The notes: a model not told the origin generated them from the letters alone. Shown: positions 13,329-28,276, counted from the whole stretch's first letter. The stretch is 60,899 nt of DNA, filler included, from Sphacelaria rigidula (GCA_964200075.2; 5 parts of 5 records of this genome joined end to end with filler, not necessarily neighbours in it); one strand, 5' to 3'. Numbers and translations are program-made.

Positions 13329-14190
13329 AGACCACTTTGTATGGCAGTCAAAAAAACGGATCTGTGCTCAGATTAGGGGACCTTAGATCCGGAAACGCAT
13401 TGGATGGGCCTCGATTTGGCACAAATCGGGGAAGCTGGGATTCGTTTGTCACGATTTGAGAACGGTTTCACACGAATCTGAGCCCAGATCCGTGGAAAAT
13501 CGAGGTCCCCCGAACCTGGAGCAACTGACGTACGTATGTTGACGTACATTGATGGGGCAACAGGCGTTTGGTATTTTGCAACAACAGCAGCATACAGTCT
13601 CGTGACAGCACACACAGTGCCTGCGAGCGCCGGCTGCTGGAGCAGCTCCGCACGGGGTTTGACAAGCGGATAAGAAGTGTTGATGCCGTACCCTGCGGTG
13701 ATGGAAAAATTTCATGCTGCACTGTGCTGCTGTATGTAGCATCATACGAATGGCGGTACTGTACTATTCTTCACTACTGTTGTCGCAGTCGTTGCAGGGT
13801 GACGAATGACACTGCACTCGTGAACTCTTGTCGCACACTGTGCACTGTTCTCACAATACCGACTGTACCATCATTTATTACCACACGGCATTATCTTGTA
13901 CTGTACTGTGATTGTGCAGTGTACTGCACTGTATCATATATCCTAGGGTACTACGGTACGACACTGCTCTTGAAGGATGATTCCCTGCCTGCCTGTTCTC
14001 CGGCTTCACTGTGACACCACACCCGCCCAGAAAGTGACCGTTCGTGTACAGAACAATTTCAAGAAATCTGTGAAGCCATACAGGGGTAAACAGGAACAGC
14101 GAATCTGAATTTCACGGATCTGGGCCCCCCCCATTTGGCACAGATTCGGGTCCTGCCAGATTCGGGATTGCCTGCCATACAAAGTGGTCT
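13329..14190. mobile_element. MITE with perfect 19-bp TIRs
   Basis: AGACCACTTTGTATGGCAG at 13329 and CTGCCATACAAAGTGGTCT ending at 14190. Subterminal atttggcaca.at.cggg motifs near both ends. Confidence 0.85.
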
Positions 14191-14367
14191 AATAACACAC
14201 AACACACAGCGCTACGAATTCCAAGTTAGCTGACATTCAGGGCAATCAATGCAACCCATGCAACTTCGTTCGTGGAATTTTACGGCCTCCCAGCGGCTCG
14301 ATCTGAGATATGCTACGAACAGCCGATCATCTATATAATATGGATCAGGAATTTTTTTAACGTTCAA

Positions 14368-14464
14368 CCCTTAGACCTCGAGTTACTATTTCTGGATAAT
14401 CCACACTTTTTTCTACTCGAAATTGATGCCGATTCAACAGAAGACTAACCTCGCGGTCTAAGGG
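14368..14464. mobile_element. ~100-bp piggyBac-like MITE
   Basis: TIR cccttagacc/ggtctaaggg with TTAA-like flanks (tcaa/ataa). Internal gaaattgatgccgat motif shared with copies near 19685 and 59960. Confidence 0.65.
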
Positions 14465-16562
14465 ATAACCCGTGGAATGCGAAGTTTTTCATCTGTTGAA
14501 TCGGCATCAATATGATGACGTGAAAAAAAGTATTGACGATCCAGAAAGAGTAATATCGCGGTACTATTGGTTGAAAGATTGTAACCCCAGTGCTGCATTT
14601 TGAGTATGAGATTCGGCATTAGTTCGATATATCACTGAAAGTGAAGCCGTTTTACAAACACATAAATCAGTAGTGACGCTGATTATTGTACCTGTGAATC
14701 GACTTAACTTTGACATGATAAAAAACATAAATTATGCCGATTCACAATAACAAAAATCAGCACAGGGCACCGAAATACTCGTCAGATAGCGCGGACAGGA
14801 TAGCGGATTTGAATTATCACCATTTTTTTCTGTTTGCATATATATGATGCGACGTGATGTTCCCCATTAACCATCATTCGCCGAGCGATGGTAACGACAC
14901 GTGAAGCCAAGCACCACTACACAAAACCCCCACACTGTCGTATAACAGTAACATTCTTGTAATAATAGTAGCTTGTTCCTCCATGATGGTGTGTGCTGAA
15001 CATATATAAATATAAATAAATAATGGATTAATTAATTAATTGGATGGATGGAAGGATGGATGGATGGTTGGTCATTTGATTTATTTTTTTGAGCAAGGGA
15101 ATGACATCGATTATGATTGTAATATCACAACGGTACCGTCTTAGTATGTCTGCAGTGTTATTGAAACATTACAACAGTACTACTGTAGTATGTATTGTTT
15201 TTATTAGCAGCATGTACACCGTCAGAGAGGACGCTGTACCGCTTACTTTCACACGTATGTTTCAGTAACGCCGTTAGGAACTCCAATCTAGTTTATTATT
15301 TATATTTATGTGTCAGTAACGCCGTTCGGAACTCCAATTTTTATTTTCGAGACGATGGGAGGGGTAGACTGGCGCCCAGAATAAATGGGACGACAACACA
15401 CACACACACACACACACACACTGGACAATTTATTATATGTACAATACATAATATGCATAAGTAATTCATTTTAATTCATTAATAAATTGATCGTTGGTTG
15501 GATGGATGGTTGGTTGGTCGGATGGATTTTATTTTCTGGACAAGGGGAGGCCAATATGGTTCATGGATGCAATAGGCGAGAAGTGTACTGCATAAATTAT
15601 AGGCCTAACCGGCCCACAACAGTCGCAATAGGCCTATACTTCATGCAGTACGTTTCCTGTCTAATGCAACTTTTGACCATATATATATTGTCCAAGGTGT
15701 GGTTTGTTCTTAATCCGTGCACACCCCTGATTATTGTCCAGTGCTTATATCACGGAACGGCAATTCAGACAAGATTCAGAATCAATTGATTAATCAGTAT
15801 CCCTCGTGCAGGGTACACAGCATATATATGTTATTTTTTATTCCAGTCACTCTTTGCACCCTACCAACAAAGTGAACGTCAATTGATCGAGACCGGAGAC
15901 CAAACGCTTCGAAGCACATTACTATCTTTAGTATGCCACCTGTGTTCTCCATTATTACCTATTCTCGCATGCTTCGTGTCTTCCACGTACCGGAGTAGTC
16001 GTTGCTGGATGATCTCATTGCATTGCATATTATTGATGATTTTATACTCCCAGCCAAAATTACCGGGAGTATTTTTTTGTTCCAAAATACGGAGTTAATA
16101 TATTTTCAAGTAACCTGCGACTACAATCCCGCTCAATTCTGCGTAGCTTCACCAAAAATTTCAGTTGAGAACATTTTCTCGGCAACGGGATTGATTCTTT
16201 GAGATTCCAGGGCCTTGATTTCTCGGGGAAAATCACACCGATATTGAAACTTACATTCTCAACGGGGGTGTTATCTACCGTGCACCGCTGAAGATACAGT
16301 TTTGACGGTTTCAAGTCACGGTTCATGCGTGGTTTGAATGTGCCATCAAGAGTAAAAGGTAAAAGGTAGAAGGACTATTCCTGTTGCTAGCGTTTGGCAG
16401 CATCACATTGGACTTGATCAAGTGACTGATAGATACACTGGGTACTCAGAGACGACCGGCCCGTGCCGCCGCGCGCTCTGGTACCAAGGTGCAATCGACC
16501 GCATTCGATCGAAAAAAGCACCTGATACACTTACATCTACAGCAGTCATTGACTTGAAATCG

Positions 16563-16747
16563 ATGCAGCTCACTCAAGTTTTGGTTTTGGCGGTGGTGTT
16601 GTGTACTCTGTTGGAGAATGTTGGAGGCTTCGTGACTCCAAGCACAGCCGTTCCCGCACTGAGCAAAGCGAGGCACACGAAGACCGCTCGGGGTAGAGTT
16701 CACAGGGCAACGTCTACAGCGGATCCGTCCTCTTCCTCCTCTCAAAG
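16563..16747 (+). CDS. First exon of a probable plastid-targeted protein (signal peptide plus transit peptide); mature domain unknown
   Basis: MQLTQVLVLAVVLCTLLENVGG-FVTPSTAVPALSKARHTKTARGRVHRATSTADPSSSSSQ: hydrophobic signal, ASAFAP-like +1 Phe, then a Ser/Thr/Arg-rich stretch. Ends AAAG|gtgtgg (phase 2). Confidence 0.7.
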
Positions 16748-18877
16748 GTGTGGCTGTTGGTATCGTTTATTGTGTGTTGAAGGAAGGGTAACTTTTTTTG
16801 TTGTGCTTGGGATTTGACACCAGACGGCATTTTGAATAGAAATCCCCTTCACCCTTGTCTTAGATTATCCCGTCTGTGTGTGCGGTTTGTTGTTGCATGC
16901 ACGGTGTTTGAAGAGAAGCTCGTGTGTGCAGGCAGGCGAGCGTTTTGGTAGTGTCTTGGCCGCAATGCCGCGCAGAAGGAAAAAGACAGACAGACAAACA
17001 TAGTTTCCCTCCAGGTTCCACGTGATTTCGCTGCGAATCAATGTGACAGTACCTGCAAATATATCGAGCGCGGGCACCTTGGGCTTGAACCATTTTCAGA
17101 ACTCCTTTTCGATCGCAAGACAGAACATTGGTACCAAAACATGCACACCATGGCTGGAATCTCCGGAAAATAGCACTTACTCTAAATACTCTTCTCGTTC
17201 ATGGCTGTCGAAGCTATCTCCGTGCATGTGTATGTACTGACTGTACTCTATTAGTGAATTGGAGTGAGTGCAAATAGGGTACAACGATCTGCACTGCAGT
17301 TACCTGGGCGAGTAATCCCTTGAGCCTGGGCATGCTCCTACGTATCCGTAAAATAAAGAGTACCGGAACAGGGTATCGCAGGAGCAAAACCTTTTCACAG
17401 AGGAACGGGCGAGACTGTACTGTTGGTGTCGGGTTTGATCCCCGCATTGGGCGTGTTGTTGTGGAGCATCATGTCCCCTTGAGTGCCTCGTACGATCACT
17501 CCAAGTCATCGCTCTTTACTCTGTACATGTGCTGGCCAGCACGCATCTCCAGCCAAGTGCAGAGCTCTGACTGTGTGCTCCAGCAAACGAGATAATTCCA
17601 GTACACCCGACAAACCGCAAAAAGCACAAGTCTTGTTCCTTTTCTGTGTCGCATGTTGGCCTCTTTATATTACTCCCGGAGGAACTCATCAGCTGGCCAA
17701 ACATTTGCTCCCGCGAGCCCGAGCAGGTTGCGTCACTTGTATTGTGTTATTGTGTTCCAGGCATCGGTTCTCTCGTTGAAGTTACGGTAGCGGTGTAAGG
17801 TTCGCTCTTTCGATCACTTCATCCTGTAATATGCTCTACAACTACTACTTGTCGTTACTGCCCGTCTTGTATCCCGCCGTGTCCAATACTATACGCCACT
17901 GCTTCTACTGTAACTCTGCGACGTACTGAGCGCCCAAAGAAGATTGCTCAGTGCGTTGCTGTGGTGAAGATCACCTTTGAAAATAGTTTCCACAACGACC
18001 TGTTTGAATCTGTAATCGGAAATGTTTTTGCAACATGATTTTGGAGCACTTTTACTGTTTTTTATGGGAGAGTGGGTGGGTGGGGGGGGCGGGGGGGAAC
18101 GCTGCGACGCGACCAATCGCAGGCCGTTTCTTAAAAATGCTGTTTTGAAGAGCGATTCACCTCTTGACCGCGAGCGTAGGTCGTGTGTTGGATCGGCATT
18201 GGTTTCACTTGAAAATGTAGTCCATAACTAGATTACCTACCCTCGCGGCCGGGGGGTTGACCGTCTCCGATAACAACTCCGCCGAAGTGGAACCCCAGGC
18301 ATTTTCTGTGATGGGCACTTTCATCCCAGGGTCAGGCTCGGTCAAGATCTTGACCCTTTTGGGACCGGACTCCCAGCCAGAAAAATGGTGTCGTGGGAGT
18401 CCGGTCCCAAACGGGTTAATTATCACACTGAAAATATAGTCTAGTCTCCAGAAAGGTGCTCTCGACGTGCTGTCTCGTAGTGTTCGAGGTGCTCTTGCCG
18501 CTTGTCTGCATGCCTACAGACAGTGTAGTACAACAACACTGTATGCCTACCTTCCGCTGTCTTGTTGCTTGAAAGAATTACTCCTGCCCCGTATCTTTGC
18601 GACCAGTCAGACTTGTGCGTACACGTCATTATACACGTGGACTTCGCTTCATAGAATCGAATAATCATGTCCCGGATCTCTGTGCGACCAGTCCAACTTC
18701 TGTGCACACGTCATGGTACACGTGGACGTGTTTTTTGGCGACGGTGACGTCACAGCAAGTATGTTGGGGTGAGCATGCATATGTCCAACAACAGTCAGTG
18801 TAAAGTACTATTTTCGCGATAATATGTCTTGTCTTGGTCTTCCTCATTGCTCCCGGTATCATTTTTTGAAGAGAATG

Positions 18878-19202
18878 CTGGTCGCCCCGGTGGCGAAGTT
18901 GGTAATCTCGAAACTCTCTGACGGTTGGGGTTCAATTCTCGGAGCGATGTGGGATTTTTCTCACACCATGCCCAACAGTGGAGAGCGACTATGTCGTGGG
19001 TGCACAAAATTCGACTTAGCGGTCGATGAGGGAAAGGAACTGCTGAACCCCTCTCGCGATAAAAAAATAAAGGCAAGCATCGCAGAAGGGAGGTGGGATA
19101 CTAAAAATAAATGAAGAAGAAAAAGCTCCTGTGTTGACCTTCCGCCTGTGAAAAGGGTAGACCGGCGTCCAGAATAGATGGGACGACAACACACACCCAC
19201 AC
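18878..19202 (+). mobile_element. tRNA-derived SINE, near full-length copy
   Basis: Head ggtcgccccggtggcgaagttgg (A box)...ggttcaattc (B box), shared body, tail ccagaatagatgggacgacaac(ac)n. Confidence 0.85.
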
Positions 19203-19239
19203 GATGTCCTCGTTCTATTATAGTGTCAACTTTTAGTAG

Positions 19240-19273
19240 CCTCAGTACCTGCGCCGAAAAAAAGGCAGACGAG
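19240..19273 (+). CDS. Candidate second exon of the plastid-targeted gene
   Basis: ttttagtag|C CTC AGT ACC...GAC GAG|gtaagg. Phase compatible with 16563-16747 (…S-LSTCAEKKADE). No homology support. Confidence 0.35.
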
Positions 19274-20515
19274 GTAAGGTCTGTACTATGCACCACCAGT
19301 AAGGCCGGCTCTCGTGGGCGTGCTTCTGGCGAAGTATTCTGTTTCGATAGAAAAGGTGCTATGGGGGGGGGGAATCTGTCATGGTAATTTAGGTCGTCAG
19401 TTCAACATGAACGTAGTGGACATCAATGACGACCTATCCTGATCCATCAGATCGGAATTGTTGTTTTCCGCCGCACTTTTTCGAAGTATCGAGGTATCAT
19501 TTGACAAGGCACGCCCTGATCTCCCATACTACTTATTGTGGTACAAGATGATGAACTATTCCGTTTTTTTTGGCCCATTGCGACCAACATCTGGTACATC
19601 GTAAGCCGATCCAAGGGATTCAAACGCCTTTCAAAGGAGCTGCAGTGCACCGTCCCCCACAACAGTAGTGCTGGATGACCCTAACCCTTGGACCGCGAAG
19701 GTAGTCCATCTGGATCATTCTTACTTTCTTCAGGTGAAATTGATGCCGATACAACAGATGACCTGTTCTCGCCGACGAGGGGTATGTTGTCCTTGTTTTC
19801 GCGCCGGCTCGTCGAGAAATGGAGTGTGATGATTCCTTTCACACAAGCGCACAGCGCGGTTGATGCCGGTTCAATACGGAAAGGAACCCAACGAATTCGA
19901 CCAGAGCTCGGTTTGATTTATTATATAGTAATGAAGTAAGAATATCTGTGGAGGTGGGCACATTCCATTTTAATGTACAGGATGCGTCTGTACGCGATGC
20001 TCCACACCATCATATGTCAGGCACAGGCTTGTATCTCGGAACCTTCTTACGCGCACCGATGGTCATGCAAGCTTTTTGTTTCTCACACCTCGTTTTCGAT
20101 ACTGTATTCGATACGTGGAAGTGTCGAATTTATTTATTTCGGTCAAGTTTACACGAGTTTCGATCTTTCTAGGTTTGGAGGATAGTGCCAGCTTGGTGAC
20201 GGTTCATGGTAACGGGCCAATCGCGGCACCGAGAGTTGATTGTACAGAATGCCCCCCCCCCCCCTCCCCCCTCCCCATCTTCTCATATCTCTTGGGACAA
20301 TCTTCATTTTCACTGCGGGTATCGGAGCCAATCACAGCATCGACACTTGAAGACTGGTTTCGATACCCAACGATATGTTTTCGATTTTCATTTTCGTTTC
20401 ATTCTTCTGTGATGACACGCCCATATGAGATGCGATACAAAAACACGTGCGTGTGGGCTAAGGTGGTGTCTAGACCCAAGATTTGAAGATGAGTTTTGTC
20501 GAGAGGAAAGAAAAG

Positions 20516-20520
<5 letters not shown>

Positions 20521-20570
<50 letters not shown>
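20521..20570. repeat. (CT)n microsatellite
   Basis: Direct reading. Confidence 0.95.
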
Positions 20571-20573
<3 letters not shown>

Positions 20574-20779
20574 GGCGTGCCTTGGCAAATTGTTTTCGAT
20601 CGAAGTGTGGTGGAAAACGAAAATTCCAGTCTGATAGATTATAAGTTCAACTTTCATGGTGTAGACATAAATGACGACCTATCCTGACCTATTTGATCGG
20701 ATTTTTTCTTGTCCGCGGAACTTTTTCGATCACAGAATGAAACGCTAAGGCCGTGTCTGAAAGCGTGCTTTAGGGTGTG

Positions 20780-23035
20780 TCATGGCATTTTTTTCCCGAT
20801 CAAAAAGGTGCGGTGGAGAAAAAAAAATGGAACTAGTAGGTTCACCACATTCTATTCCTACTATGGCTCCAGTTTTTTTTCAATTAGTGGCGCGCGGGGA
20901 AGAAGGAGAAAAATATCAAGCTGAGTTATTTCGATCGAAAACATGCGGTCGAAGGGCACGAAGGGGCACTTCACTTCTACATTTCAGACCACCACGCCAG
21001 ATACCACCCGTTCACAAAACCATGCAAACTCCACACAACTCATTCTCAGCTATTTACCACCCTAACCCTGGGGCACAAAGCACCAGTAAAGCATAGGGAT
21101 AGATAAACCGCAGTACTTGGGTATGCCTTCTTTATTTGCTGTTGGCGAAAACTTGAGCATCTTTTTTCATGGTGGGGATCAGCGACGGAACAGCGTGGTA
21201 GGGTGGGCAACCAACTTGCTTACACCCTCATGGACGGTGCAGGCAGTACAAAGCTGCACGTTGTCCAAGTCCTTTTCATGTCGCATTGTAAGCAGAGAGG
21301 ACAGGTAGCCCTGTGCCATCTGTACTGCATGTTGCCCGCTTCTCTTTCACATCCTACTGCACCAAACACGCAAGCATACACTCACAACACACTGCAAATA
21401 GTGCAGACGGTAAAGACTGTACTGCTGTCTGTACTGCACACAAGCGACCATGTGCCGCTCCACGAATTTCACTTCTTTTTTTCGATCGAAATCTTGAAAA
21501 TTCGCTCGGGCCCATCTCGTGGAAGATGAGCGAATTTCGCTTAAATCAATTCCACCGCCCCATTTTTCCGATCGATTTTTTTTATTGCCAAGACACGCAG
21601 TTAGGCCGCTCTTTATAACAGAAATAAAGATATGGAAAAGTGCCTTTTTGGAGCTTTCACGTCGTTTCACGCCCCAACAGAGAGCTAGGCGGAGGTTGAC
21701 ACCTTGGAATGACTTGCTCTACTAGTTGAGGCGGTTTCAGGACATCTTCCCGTTTTCCGGTGGCCGCAGTTTTCATTTTGGCCAAACAAGAATTTTTGTC
21801 CAAAAACGGTAAAGAACAGTCAAGTCCAGAGAGAAGTGGCATTTTTTTGTAGATTTGACTGTATTTTACCGTTCTGGGACAAAAATTCTTGTTTGGCCAA
21901 ATTGAAAACTGCGGCCACCGGAAAACGGGAAGATGTCCTGAAACCGCCTCAACTAGTAGAGTAAGTCATTCCAAGGTGCCGACCTCCGCCTAGCTCTAGT
22001 TTGGGGCGTAAAACGACGTAGACGCTCCAAAAAAGCACTTTTTCAGATTTTTATTTCTGTCTATTATAAGGAGCGGCCTTGAAGTAGCACTTCTTTTTCT
22101 TCGAAGAAAAAAATCAGTGGAGTTGACTTGAGCGAATTCGTGAAGCGGCACGTGTTCGATTGTGTACAGTACAGACAGTACTGTACTGAGTTTGTCAGCA
22201 AACAATGTATACGTGTGACAAAAGGATGTGAAAAAGAAGCTGGCAGCATATTCAGTACAGACAGTATGCAGCACAGGACTATCTGCACTCTCTGGATACA
22301 ATGCGACGTGCGCAGGACTTGAACAACGTGCGGTTTGTACTGCCTGCGCTTCCCATGAGCGTGTACGAAGTCGGTCGCCCACCCTACCACGCAATTTCGT
22401 CGCCGACCCCCACCATAAAAGAAGAGGCTCAAGTTTTCGTCTACGCAAAATAATCACATCATGCCCAACTAATGCAGTGTATCTACCCCTCTGCTCAACT
22501 CGTGCTCTAAGCTGCGGGGTTAGGGTGGTAGCTGAGAATGAGTTGTGTGGGGTTTGCATATTCTGTAGACGGGTGGTATCTGGCGTGGTGGTATGCAAGA
22601 CAAGAGTCAAGTTCCCGTTCGTACCTTTCCCCCGCACGTTTTCGATCGAAATATCTTGGCTTCATTGTTTTCTTCTTGTGCCCGCGCGCCTCTAATGATG
22701 AAATAGTTGAAGTCACCTAGGAGTAGAAATGCCGTGTACCGACCAGATCAAAATTTTATTCTCCACTGCATTTTTTCGATCGACAAAAATGTGCTGCAAG
22801 TAAGAGTCGGCCGTAGGCCACTTCTTGTGAGTAAAAATCTTGTTGAAAACTGTCTCTTTGGCCCTTCTCCGTCGTTTTACGCCCGAAAAGTGGGTTAGGC
22901 GCACATTGACACCTTGGAATGACTTTCTCTACTCGTTGGGACAGTTTCAGGGCATCTCTGCGTTTCCCGCTGGCCGCAGTTCTCTTTGTCGCCAAACTTG
23001 CATTTTCAGCAAAAACGGGAGGGACAGCCATTGAT
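20780..23035. mobile_element. Two inverted, abutting copies of a long-TIR (Mutator/foldback-like) element forming a ~2 kb palindrome
   Basis: 20780-21826 is the reverse complement of 21852-22790. 22815-23035 is a diverged second TIR of the right-hand copy. A third internal fragment lies at about 28375-28790. Confidence 0.8.
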
Positions 23036-24233
23036 TTTTCTTAACTTGACCGTTCGTTATCGAAAATGCAAGGATGGCCAAAAATAAAGCCTCCAAAAAG
23101 GATGCCTTGTACTGCGGTGGGCTGTGGCTCCCTCGGGAGGTGTCCGGGGATAAAAGTTGGAGTATCTCAAAAGGTTTCGGGACATGCATTGATTTTTAAA
23201 GATGATTCTGTGACACTGCCATTGTTTTGAAGGCTCGACAACTGTCTTAGGCATGAGCTCGCCAAGAGTCACAAACCGACAACAGTTCTCTGTAACAAGA
23301 ACGAGCAGTGGTGTGACCCTACCGCAGTACGGCCGTGCAACCTCGTGGTACATGTGCAGGACCGAGGACGTAAGATATGACACACGGTGCATACACTCTG
23401 ACATAATGTGAAGGTTTGGACACAGTGATCAACTACCATCATGGTTCGACGACGATACGTGTTGTATGCACACACACCACTATAGCCAATCATGACAATC
23501 AATGAGGACTCGTCTTCTATCAACAAAAAAACACTCGATCATGACATGATACCCGTTGGAACGCCCCCCATACAGTCCTACGGGTACCGACAGGGGTGGG
23601 TACAGAAGGGGTCCCATCATCGTGCGGTGGGTCGTCAGCGTGGCATGACCGCACTGTGCTGGGACCCCGCACTAGCTGGTGGTAAACACTGCAGGTACTT
23701 ACTTGATACTAGAATAACGCATCGGACTCGTGCCACGTGGTTTCGATCGCACTATAGTGGGATCCCGCACTGTAGAGGACCAACCGCACTGTGATGGAGC
23801 CCCCACCCTACCGTATCGATATAGTGCGAGAAATCGTTGAGAATCCATCAACTGGGAGAAGTTTGTTGTACACAGTCCGGGAGGGGGGAAAATTCAATGG
23901 CACACGTGTACGGGGAGAGATGGGCTGTTCCCTTTCGACCACGGACTCGTCCCGAGGAAGGGGAGGGGTTCAAAGTGCGACAAATAAATAAATAAAAAAA
24001 AAAAACGTATGTTCTATACACTGTGTCTAATCCGGCAGAGACTAAATGTAGAGAGAAAGAAAAGGTCAAATCCTGATGCCCGAGAAAGCCTAGCGACAAA
24101 AAAATATCGTGGGACATGGGATTCGTGAAGTCTTCCTACCCCCCCCACCCCCCTTCTGCGTACGCTCCGCGTCTATTTCACTACTGGCTCCGGAAGACCA
24201 GCTCCTGAAATAACGGTTCCCGTGTCTTTCAAC

Positions 24234-24272
<39 letters not shown>

Positions 24273-24302
24273 CCATCACATTAGCTCGATCTCTCGAACC
24301 CG

Positions 24303-24402
24303 NNNNNNNNNNNNNNNNNNNNNNNNNNNNNNNNNNNNNNNNNNNNTTAATTAATTAANNNNNNNNNNNNNNNNNNNNNNNNNNNNNNNNNNNNNNNNNN
24401 NN
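24303..24402. other. Artificial contig linker
   Basis: N44-TTAATTAATTAA-N44. Confidence 0.98.
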
Positions 24403-24519
24403 ATACGCTCCGCTCCGCTCCGTGATGATTTCAAAAAAACCGCCCCGCTCTGTATAGATTACAGGGGCGCGGTTGGAACCGTCAAACACGGTTTTCTACG
24501 TTGCGGTTTTATCCACTCC

Positions 24520-25020
24520 GTAGGTAATCCGTGCGTCCTCCGTGGCATAACTTACGGATCGAACCGTTAAAAAGACACGGATTTCCACGGATGAATTTGT
24601 TCTGAATGGCGGATAACTCAGAATTCGAAGTATAAAAATATCGTTCTGGATAAGCAATTCGCCGATACGGTTCTGAAAGTCTGCACTCCGTACTCCATCC
24701 GTGCGTTCTCCGTAGCATATCTCAGATCGAACCGCTGAAAATCCACGGATTTCCACGGACGAAATTGTCCTGAATGCCGGATAACTTAGAATTCGAAGTA
24801 TAAAAATGATCGTTCTGTATAAGCAACTCGCCTGTATGGTTCTGAAATTGTACTCCGTACTTCATCCGTGCGTTCTCCGTAGCATCACTCAGACCAATCC
24901 GCTGAAAAACCACAAAATCCCACGGATAGATTGTTCCGAATGCCGGGTAAGTTGGAATTCGAAGTTGAAAAATATTGTTTTGGATAAGCACTTCGCTGAT
25001 ACGGTTCTGAAATTCTCCTG
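24520..25020. repeat. Tandem repeat, about 3 units of ~175-185 bp
   Basis: Recurring atccgtgcgttctccgtagcat, gaattcgaagt and gatacggttctgaaa blocks. Confidence 0.8.
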
Positions 25021-25072
25021 TGAACATGCAAACCGCGCTTTGCACGGACATACGCGCGCGCACCCACCCAAC

Positions 25073-25120
<48 letters not shown>

Positions 25121-25484
25121 GCGTGCGCCTCGAGCTGGAAGACGTGATTCGAACTTGGCGTCAAGATCTCCCCTTTCAGTTGGAAACTACTGTGCTGCTC
25201 TTGACGTCATTCTTGAGGAATATATTCCATGCCCTTTGTTGTGATGGATAGCCGTAGTCCTGGGTCTAGCGCTGCTGCTGTTGCGCGTCTGCCACCCCGC
25301 CCCCCGTCACCCTGTCCTGTAGGGTGACATTCAAAATTCAAATATGTACTGTTCATTATTCTCTTTTGATTTCTTTTTTCTTCAAGGGATTCGACCTTAC
25401 ATGTACGCTATTTAAGCCGCCGTCCCCCCTGTCCAGCAGCTGGAAGTCAAAGCAAAACAACTACGTTCGTACTTTTTGGTACTA

Positions 25485-25940
25485 ATCCGCGGATATCCAT
25501 ACATTTTTCGCGGATAACCGTATCGGTTTTACGGATTACTGCGACGGTGCATCGCGGGGAATTGCCGCGGTCTGTGCGGATTGTTCCACGGAGGGGGGCA
25601 ATCCGCTCCGTGAAAAAATCCATGCCACGGATATCCGCTCCGCAATAATCTGTGGCATATTCATTGGCGGATATCCGCCCCGTGAAAATCCGTGAGTTTT
25701 CCCACTGGTGGATATCCGCTCCGCTCCGCTCCGTACCTTATTCGGAAAATCCGCACCGCACCGTGACATTTTCCTTGGCGGATATCAGCTCCGCAATAAT
25801 CCGTGACATTTTCAGTGGCGGATATCCGCACCGTCATAATCCGTGATTTTCCATACATACGATATCCGCTCCGCTCCGTGAGGTTTCGAAAAAAAACAAA
25901 TCCACACCGCGGAGCGGATTGTCCTCCGCACACATCCCTG
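25485..25940. repeat. Short-motif array (GGCGGATATCCGC / ATCCGTGA), probably a transposon subterminal region
   Basis: Repeated palindromic gcggatatccgc motifs. Ends in ...catccctg. A related end lies at 24403-24450. Confidence 0.65.
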
Positions 25941-25942
25941 GA

Positions 25943-26059
25943 AAAAAACTCCTGTGTTGACCTTCCTCCTGTGTGACCCCGACTGGTGCGCCCACATATA
26001 CCGAAAGGTGAAAGGTGTAGACCGGCGTCCAGAATAGATGGGACGACAACCCACACACA
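25943..26059 (+). mobile_element. tRNA-SINE family, 5'-truncated copy
   Basis: ctcctgtgttgaccttcctcctgtgtgacccc...ccagaatagatgggacgacaac. Confidence 0.8.
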
Positions 26060-26681
26060 GTATCGTAAACACAGCCTCCGGATACCAACCGGCACAGTAG
26101 ACAGCGTTGGGCACACAGGCAGTGCACCTCGGCGCCCCCTAGTCATTCGCAAGTGCTGCACATGTCGGTGTCTGGTAAAGCACTATTGAGTTGAGACAGT
26201 TGAGGGTTGTACTACTACTGTTGTACTGTTATTGCACTGTCTGTAGACAGTTTTGTATACTTTCGGTAGGAAATGTTCTGTACTGTACTGCCGTAGGACA
26301 TATCTAGTTTCGTAGGACAAATATCATAAACCTTGGTCGTTATGGGGCAGCGTGTCTAGTTCCGTTTCGTAGCCCTGCCTTTGGCACCAACGCTTTGGGG
26401 TGTCTAGCAACTCAGTTTTTTTTTTAAAAATTGAAAATTAAACCTGAGTTGCTGAGCATGTCGCTTGTCAGGGTTCAGTTTTCGGGGTTTTCCTAGGGGA
26501 ATTCGAATTCGTCATATCCTGGCCTTAAATCCCAACTTTCTTGATAATCCCTGAGTTTCTCCTTATCCCTGAGTTCTGATTTGTGTTTCCGAAACTCTCT
26601 ATTATATATTTTTTGTATCGCATCTGTGTTCATTATTTCTGGGTCCAAATTATTTATGATTTTTTTATTACTCTATTTTGG

Positions 26682-26795
26682 GGGTGGCTGGCCTTTGACC
26701 ACGGAAGGCGTCCGCATCAGATGCCCAGTACAGGTTACTGCGCAGATACCGGAACGGTTTTAATGTGAAGACGACGGTAGCAACAACAACAACAG
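26682..26795 (+). mobile_element. Non-LTR retroelement 3' end with CAA tail, copy 2
   Basis: Matches 12352-12500. Confidence 0.75.
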
Positions 26796-27142
26796 TACTG
26801 CGTGCTGCAAATCGTTTCCTTTCAGTGGGGTTGCTGCGCAGCACACTCCTTCAAAAACTTGTCCATGGTATCTATGAGCAGCCCATGCGAACCTTGAAAT
26901 TTTCAAAGCTTTCTCGTGAGAGAGCAATATCGGTAAATTCAGATACGGACGTTGTCGAAAATTGCCGACGGTGCTGCCTCCCGCCCCCTCCGTTCCCCTT
27001 ACGCAAACTGTTGAAATATGATCTCAGATATCGAACCCAACGTCTGCACCAGCGAATCGACAACCAAAATATTTCCCGCCGTCCCTAACACTGACCTACC
27101 CTCGTACTGTCTATCCACTACATGACAATCACCACGCGATAA

Positions 27143-28276
<1,134 letters not shown>

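Noticed and set aside
21996..22695. Long overlapping ORFs (213 aa on -, 155 aa on +)
   Set aside because: They lie inside a non-coding repeat whose other copies do not keep the frame, and have no recognisable domain.
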